A stretch of 64,000 nucleotides of DNA from Octopus vulgaris (lineage: Eukaryota). Location of the stretch: NCBI GenBank assembly GCA_951406725.2, contig OX597825.1, positions 6,076,001 to 6,140,000 of the forward strand, given 5' to 3'. Below the pieces are notes generated by a model, which was given only the letters and a program-made list of their open reading frames with translations, made no database searches and was not told the origin of the DNA. The position numbers were made by a program, and so were the translations under genes. The first letter of the stretch is position 1. Every line of letters starts with the position of its first letter. This document shows positions 46,101 to 64,000 of this stretch, in pieces.

Positions 46101-46900
46101 ATGAAGGTGTCCAGGAACCTTGTCACATCCTCCCTCACCTTTTCAGTGTCATCAGAACATCTGCTCCTGAGATTGTCCTTCAGCCTAGGGAACAACCAAA
46201 AGTCACAGGGAGCAAGGTCTGGACTGAAGGGTGAGTGAGGGACAGTTTTGATGCCCAACTCTGTTGAGTTTTTGGTTACCAGGATGGAATTGTGAACTTG
46301 TGCATTGTCCTGGTGTAGGTGCCACTGAGCCAAGTGGCTGAGCTCTGGTCTATTGCTACGGAATCTGTTCCCAAACTCCTTCAAAACCTCCACAAAGTAT
46401 TCTTTGTTGACCATCTGGCCAGAGGGAACCCAGTGGATGTAGATGCTGCCTTTGCTGCAGAAAAAGGGGATTATCACAAGGTCCCTGATGGACTTGCTTT
46501 GCTTAACCTTCTCGGGTCTGGGGGGAGCCAGGATGCTTCCATTCAGCACAAAGGTCACTAGAGATCCAAGTACTCTTCTATTGGAGGTAATGAGTGTAAC
46601 CATCTCTTTGCTGTCACCAACACATCTTCTGTTCGTCACCAAGCTCCCCGGAAACGAACTCTGCACAAATTTTGCCCATGTTCAGATCTTCGTAAATATT
46701 TCTGCACACGGTTACCACACCGACACCAAACTGATGTTTATTGTCTTTTTAGACACACGACAGCCTCATCCAGAAAATTGCAAATTTTCTCAGCCAGCTC
46801 TAACGTTCTGGTACCCTTCTTTTTCCCATATCTCTCACCTCTTCTCTGTCATCTTTGAACCTTTTGTGCCAGTGAAAAACAAATGCTCAGCTCATCCACA
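46058..46900 (-). mobile_element. Mariner transposase fragment (catalytic region)
   Basis: HWVPSGQMVNKEYFVEVLKEF...WHLHQDNAQVH...PHSPFSPDLAPCDFWLFPRLKDNL. Confidence 0.85.
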
Positions 46901-47281
46901 AGCAGTCGGGACCATTTCATAAGCTTTTGGAGCATTTTTAGCCAGCTTAACAGATAGTGAGCTTATAAATTGTCTTGACATCCCGACTGCTTTCTGCAAA
47001 CTTGTCAGCTGTGACGAGCAGGGTTTAGTAGAATTTTCAAAGTGCTGCTACAGTCGTCTCCATCATTCTAGAATAGAGAAATTGGCAGGTCAGCTAATTA
47101 GAGGTACAGTAATAAAATATTAAAATTACAATAATCTAGGACATAACTCCCTCTCTCAAAAAGTCTCAAAATGTCTGGAATGCACTTTGTATGTATGTGT
47201 GTGTGTATGTATATATATATATCATCATCATCATCATTTAGCGTCCGTTTTCCATGCTAGCATGGGTTGGACGGTTCAACG

Positions 47282-47453
47282 GGGGTCTGTGAAGCCGGAA
47301 GGCTTCTTCAGGCCCAGTCAGATCTGGCAGTGTTTCTACGGCTGGATGCCCTGCCTAACGCCAACCACTCTGTGAGTTAGGAAGGGCATCCAGCCGTAGA
47401 AACACTGCCAGATCTGACTGGGCCTGATGAAGCCTTCCGGCTTCACAGACCCC
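47282..47453. repeat. Near-perfect hairpin: 78-bp arms, 16-nt loop
   Basis: 47282-47359 is the reverse complement of 47376-47453, with 2 mismatches by eye. Confidence 0.9.
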
Positions 47454-47639
47454 AGTTATATATATATATATATTGCATTGCAATTAAAAACACTTGTGTA
47501 TTAATTTGGGTAGTATACCAACAGTATATTGGATAAGTATTATCCCTTAGAGGGTTGGATCCACAACCCCTAACTTAATTGGTGTTGTATGTGTATATAT
47601 ATATATGATAAGTAAAAAAACAGGTAAATCGTGGGTACG

Positions 47640-48440
47640 TTCAGTGAGATGATGGCCTTGCCCGATATGTAGAAAAGGTGTCGGGGGAAACTCCATCAGG
47701 TGTACCCAGTACAAGCTATGGACACATAAGAGGTGCAACTGTATCACTGAACAGCTAATGGAGAAAGTAGTCTTTACATGTGGCAGATATACAGGTACAT
47801 TAAACACCTGAAATGTACAAAAAATAGACTCCCTCAAATGTCAGGAGGTTATCCCTAGATGTTGTCGACAGTTCCTGTTACTTAGGTGGCTGAGTTAATA
47901 GTGAGGGTGGTTGATCCGAAAGTATAGCTGCTAGAATAAGAATAGGCTGGATAAAGTTCAGAGAGCTGCTCCCTCTGTTGGTAATGAAGGGCTTCTCCCT
48001 CAGAGTGAAAGGCAGATTGTATGATGCATGTGTTCAGACAACTGTGCTACATGGTGGCAAGACATGGGCTGTGACTACTGAGGATATGTGAAGACTTGAA
48101 AGAAGCCAGTATGCTTCACTGGGTGGGTAATGTCCGTGTGTGTATACGACAGAGTGTAAGTGACTTGAGAGAAAACCTGGGTATACCTGGCATCGGGTGT
48201 AGTCTTGCAGGAGAGAAAACTGCACTGGTGTGGCCATGTAATGCATGTGAATGGGGACAGTTGCGTGAAGAGGTGCTGATCTCTAATTGTAGAGGGAACA
48301 TGTGGGAGAGGTACACCCAGGAAGACATGGGACGAAGTGGGGAGAAAGGACCTACAGATGTTGGGACTCACTGAAGGGATGACTGGAGACTGAGACACCT
48401 GGTGGTTTGCTGTGCTGGGAAAGACCCACCTGGCTGAGTA
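47640..48440 (+). mobile_element. Decayed RTE-type LINE 3' fragment
   Basis: VVDSSCYLG...WIKFRELLPLL...RVKGRLYDACVQTTVLHGGKTWAV...LHWCGHVM, with frameshifts. Confidence 0.75.
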
Positions 48441-49744
48441 AAAGTGTGGTTGTCCTTGCATACAGGCTTTTCCTTTGCAACCCTCTCCTGCTGAGCATCC
48501 CTAACCTTGTGGACTTGTAAGTGCTGGTGCTACATTAAAAACACTGGTGTTCGTGCCACATTAAAAGCACTGGTTCTGGTTTCGCATTAAAAGCACTGAC
48601 GCTGGTCCCACATTAAGAGCACACAGTACACTTTGTAGAGTGGTTGACATTATGAAGGATATCTAGCCATAGCTACCATGCCAAAACAGACAATTCAGCC
48701 TGGTGTGGCCCTTGGCCATACCAGCTTCAGTCAAACTGTGCAACCCATGCCAGCATGGAAAAACAGGCATTAAATGATGATTGTAGGTGTGCTCAATACA
48801 TCCCCAATTTCCTTCTTTACCCCCATCCCATCCTCCCAGCTTGTTTGAGAATCATAGTATTGTTGGTTCTACAGTAATCCCATCGAAAGAGGATGAGGTA
48901 GCCAGTGTGCATTTTATTATATAGACAATGTTTTGGGCAGTAATCTTTAGCCTTCAGTGGATTGGCTATTTTGGTAGGTGTGAAGGACGATGGCTGTTGA
49001 CAGTCATGCGTGTACATTCAATGTTCCCTTGGCACTTTTTCCCTAATAATGTAATTAAACCTTAAACCAATAAAAGTTGAGATTGTTTAACCAGTATCCT
49101 GTAATAAGATCTGGGCCAGGGGATTTCCTGTTTGGTATTTTTTATCAAGAATTCCAAGCACCACACTGTCAATTCCATTACAGTTTTTTATCCAACATGC
49201 TTACAGTATTCCTGTTCTAAATTCTCTTTCCATTCAGCTTTTAGTTGAATTTATGTGTGTTTGTTTTTTTTTTGGGGGGGGGGGGGTTCTCAAAATGGTC
49301 TCCAGTAACTTTTCACTCATTCTGTTGATGTGACGTTTTTTTGTTTTTTTTGACATTGAGTTATTTTCGCTGAAGTTGCAAAGACGGATTTAGGAACGTT
49401 AGCAAACAACCTTTTTCAGTTAAACAAGGATGTTCTATTAGAACAAACTATACTGGTGAAGGTGCATGGCTCAGTTAGAATATCGGTCTCACAATCATGA
49501 GGATGTGAGTTCAGTTCTCAGGCTGAGCTGTGTGTTATGTTCTTGAGCAAGACACTTTATTTCACGTTGCTCCAGTTCACTCAGCTGTAGAGATGAGTTG
49601 TGATGTCACTGGTGCCAAGCTGTATCGGCCCCTTTGCCTTTCCCTTGGATAACATTTGTGGTGTGAAGAGGGGAGGCTGGTATGTATGGGTGACTGCTAG
49701 TCTCCCACAAACAACCTTGCCTGGACTTGTGCCTCGGAAGGTAA

Positions 49745-50025
49745 CTTTCTAGGTGTGATCCCACAGTCATTTATGACTGAAGGGGTCTTTACTTTTTACC
49801 ACTGTAGTTCTAAGGGAAACCCTTGTGCCTCAGCAAGTCACTTTTTAGGTGCAATCCCACAGTCATTCATGACTGAAGGAGGGGTCTTTACTCTTTACCA
49901 CTGTAGTTATAAGGGAAACCCTCGTGCCTCAGTGAGTCACTTTTTAGGTGCAATCCCACAGTCATTCAAGACTGAAGGAGGGGTCTTTACTCTTTACTGC
50001 TGTAGCTATCATGAGAGAAACCCTC
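49745..50025 (+). repeat. Three tandem ~97-bp units (duplicated SINE tail plus flank)
   Basis: TAGGTG(C/T)(A/G)ATCCCACAGTCATT..GACTGAAGG..GTCTTTACT recurs at ~49750, ~49846 and ~49945. Confidence 0.85.
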
Positions 50026-52417
50026 CTTGGCTTTTTGGTGCAAAATGCCTTTGTCGCTAATATAATAAATCTTTTCAGTGTTTTCCATTTCTGTTCTGCA
50101 AATTTATATTTTCATTTCTCGGTTTCTGCTTTTAGATCTTGTTTTAGCCAATAAAGTTTGGCATTTAATGGTTTAACTTGTGAGTTGCCAAACTCTAGGG
50201 GCCATGTAAGACTTTTGTTGGTGGGGTGTCTATACAAGCAAAATGGAGAATTGGTAATCCACAGTAGTTCGTTAAGGGCCCATGGAAAAATTCTGCCTTA
50301 GATGTGTTGTTGCACGAAACTGCTGGTTAGCTTTCTCTGACATTTTGCATAATTCAACCTACACAAGTTTCTGTGTGAAAAACAGTAGGAGTTTTGAAAG
50401 AAACATTTATAAAACTAGTTTTTAAACATCAAATAGCTATGGGGGCCCCACCAAAATAAAATAGTAATCAAAAGGGTCCATAGATTAAAAAAAAAAAAAA
50501 ATGGTTGAGAACCCTTGTTTTAAATGGTTCTGATGTTTCTGTGAATTCTTTGATGGTGTCACACCTCATAACTATGATAATCTCTGAGATAATTTTTCAA
50601 AGAAACAGGGTTTTAGTTTCCAATATATATATATATTTTTTTTTTTTTTATATGTTTCAGTCATTTGACTGCGGCCATGCTGGAGCACCGCCTTTAGTCG
50701 AGCAAATCGACCCCGGGACTTATTCTTTGTAAGCCCAGTACTTATTCTATCAGTCTCTTTTGCCGAACCGCTAAGTGACAGGGACGTAAACACACCAGCA
50801 TCTGTTGTCAAGCAATGCTAGGGGGACAAACACACACATATATATACACATATATACGACGGGTTTCTTTGAGTTTCCGTCTACCAAATCCACTCACAAG
50901 GCATTGGTCGGCCCGGGGCTATAGCAGAAGACACTTGCCCAAGATGCCACGCAGTGGGACTGAACCCGGAACCATGTGGTTGGTTAGCAAGCTACTTACC
51001 ATACAGCCACTCCATATATATATATATGCGCACAGTAAGGAAAAGTGGACATTGAAACAATGGTGATTTTGTTTGTGTGTATGATGTACATATTACTTGC
51101 AGGCTTGGCTATGTTGTAAGAAGTTTGCTTGCAAACTATGTGGTTTTGGGTTCAGTCCCTCTGTGCAGCAGCTCCCTTCCTTGAAAGGAGAGGTGACTTT
51201 ATGCCAGGTGTTGAGAGGCTTAAAGTATGGCAGTGGGTCAAGCATAGATGTCTTGCTGTAGAAGAGAAGCATGACTGCCCCCCATTATACAGGGTGTTTT
51301 GAGCTATAATTGACAGTTTGCATCAAGGGGAAAAGAAAACCCAAAGCCTGTCCCCCACAAAAAAGTATTTTTAAAAAATCAAGAGATATCTATGAGATTG
51401 TGGTTGGGAGATAAGTTTTCTCAAAGTAGCCACCATCAGCTTCTGCCATGGCGTCAAGATGACTCCGGAAACTGGCACATGTGTCCCTCTCTGTGACCCT
51501 GGGAAGATTTTCAAACACTTCCTTAACCCTTTCGTTACTGTATTTCTGTTGAGATGCTCTGTGTTTGTTTCGATTAATTTTAAATACAACAAAGAATTTA
51601 ATAAAATAACTTCGTTATCATTAAGCTGGTGTTAGGAAGATAAATTGTGACTAAGTTTTGGTGGGAGATTTTAAATCAAAACTTCATCATCGTTTAACAT
51701 CTGTTCTCCATGCTAGCATGGGTTGGACGGTTCGACCGGGGATCTGGGAAGCCAGAGGGCTGCACCAGGCTCCGGTCTTATCTGGCAATGTTTCTACAGC
51801 TGGATGCCCTTCCTAACGCCAACCACTCCGTGAGTGTAGTGGGTGCTTTTTACGTGCCACCTGCACTGGTGCCAGGCGAGGCTGGCATCGGCCACGGTTG
51901 GATTGGTGCATTTTACGTGCCACCTGCACGGAAGCCAGTCGAGACGGCACTGGCTTCAGCCACGATTCGGATGGTGCTTTTTACGTATTGCAGAGCCAGA
52001 GGTGGTTTGAGCTGGGTTGGTATTGAAAGGGTTAAACACACCTCTACATTTGGGCTGATGCACATTAGGAGCAGTAGGAAGAGTGTGGATTGAAGGAAAT
52101 TTAGGCTATTATTTCTAGCATATAGAGTGACCACATTGAGGTCTCTTTCTTTCATGTCTTCTGTTGATTATTTTTCTTCTTGACCCTTTTGTTACTGTAT
52201 TTATTTTGGGATGCTCTGTGTTTCTTTGAATTACTTTTAAATATAACAAAGAATTTAGTAAAATAACTTAGTTATCATTAAGCTAGCGTTAGGAACATAA
52301 ATTGTGACTAAGGTTTGGTGAAAGATTTTAATTCAAAACTTATGAAAACAAGACATTTGTACTGAGAGCCAGAGCCGGTTTTAGCTGGGTTGGTAACGAA
52401 AGGGTTAATCTTGGCCA

Positions 52418-52920
52418 TCAGCTTAACCTTGGTGTTGCAGGCAGAATGGTTGCTACCTTCTCAACCATGTCCCACACGTAGTAATCCATGGGATTACAAA
52501 TGTCGGAATTAAGGGGCCAGAAATGGGAGCTGGTGAAATGAAAGAAATTTTCCAACAACCACTTCTGACTCCTTTCATTGATATAGGGAGCAAAATCCTG
52601 CTGCCTTCCAGCAGCAGCCCTCTCCAGCCAGGGCTTGACCATAGTGAGCAGTAGCTTCACCTAACTATCTGAAGTATGCCCAAGGCCTTGTTCAAAGATG
52701 TAGCAAAGAATCCTGGGATGCAGACACAGTTAAAACCCCTGCTGTGTCCCTTTCTACTGACCACAGCTTCATAATCTCTGTTGCAGCTGTCCATGTCATG
52801 TCTTACATCTTTTATGGTGTTCACAGAGTATTGAGCAGGGGTCATGATGTTGGCATTTTGATAGCTGGGCACGAATCATCATGATACAGGTAACCTTTTT
52901 TTTTTTTTTCCGATATTCAC
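52418..52920 (-). mobile_element. Degenerate Tc1/mariner (DD37D-like) transposase fragment
   Basis: QQDFAP...SQKWLLENF...FWPLNSDICNPMDYYVW resembles the QQD..P and WPPNSPDLNPLDY motifs. Confidence 0.65.
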
Positions 52921-54019
52921 ATGGCTTCCATTCCTCCATGTCAGCTAATTTTTTTCCCGAATACAAATTGTAGTTAAGACACCCGTGCCGGTGACACGTA
53001 AAGAGCACCGTCCGAACGTGGCAGATGCCAGCGCCGCCTGACTGGCGTCCATGTCGGTGACATGTAAAAGCACCAACCGATCGTGGCCGTTTGGCAGGCT
53101 GCTCTGGCCCCTGTGCCGGTGGCACGTAAAAAGCACCTGCTACACTTGCAGAGTGGTTGGCGTTAGGAAGGGCATCCAGTTGTAGAAACACTGCCAAATC
53201 AGACTAGAGCCTGGTGCAGCCTCTGTGGCTTCCAGACCCCGGTCGTACCGTCCAACCCATGCTAGCATGGAAAACGGACGTTAAATGATGATGATGAACT
53301 TCCATCTCTATGCTCCCCACTGGTGCTGACTGTTCACCAATTCATCAAGTCGTTACTGATAAAAAGAGACATAAAACACATCTTCAAATTTAGCTCAAAT
53401 ACCATTACCTATTTCTTTACTACCCACAAGGGGCTACACAGAGAGAAGACAAACAAGGACAGACAAACTGATTAAGTCGATTATATCGACCCCAGTGCGT
53501 TGCTGGTACTTAATTTATCGACCCCGAAAGGATGAAAGGCAAAGTTGACCTTGGCGGAATTTGAACTCAGAACGTCGCGGCAGACGAAGTACCGCTAAGC
53601 ATTTCGCCCGGCTTGCTAACGATTCTACCCTCTACTTTTGTCTGTTATTGCTTTCTTTCTCCTTTCCTCTCCCTTTTACCATAATCCCATAGTATTCCTT
53701 TACCTTCTCATCCGGGCGTATTTCATCTGCCGTTACGTTCTGAGTTCAAATTCCACTGAGGTCGACTTTACCTTTCATCCTTTTGGGGTCTATTAAATAA
53801 ATAGGTACCAGTTATGCACTGGGGTCGATGTAATCAACCTAATCCCTTTGTCTGTCCTTGTTTGTCCCCTCCTAGTTTAGCCCCTTGTGGGTAGTAAAGA
53901 AATAGGTATTCATTTACCTTCTCATTTTCTTCCATTCCCGATTTGAAAAATATCACTTTACCAAATGTTTTATTGAGACCAGTTGTGGAATATTTCACCT
54001 GAGCATTTCTGGTATCTAA

Positions 54020-63998
<9,979 letters not shown>

Positions 63999-64000
63999 GT

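Overview
Eukaryotic, AT-rich, microsatellite- and SINE-dense genomic DNA. The repeat families look cephalopod (Octopus-like); this is an inference from recognising the repeats. Most ORFs in the ORF track are microsatellite or SINE noise. Real content: (1) a tandem segmental duplication (copy 1 = <1..~12100; copy 2 = ~15049..~30558), each copy carrying a 3-exon minus-strand C3orf38/DUF4518-like gene, with the paralogs differing mostly by amino-acid-changing substitutions; (2) nine plus-strand exons (54098..63998) of a ZFR/Zn72D-type DZF-domain gene that runs off the window, with no zinc-finger exons visible upstream; (3) decayed mariner, RTE, CR1/L2-type and Helitron-like elements, and several hammerhead-ribozyme-like repeat motifs. 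The standout is a ~910-bp insertion (16411..17320) found only in duplication copy 2, inside a poly-T tract that is empty in copy 1. It holds a rolling-circle origin stem-loop with the canonical nonamer TAGTATTAC, iteron-like GGCGGCAG repeats and an uninterrupted, 5'-truncated 188-codon ORF resembling a circovirus/CRESS capsid, but no Rep. It reads as a recent endogenous CRESS-DNA virus element or capsid-only segment.
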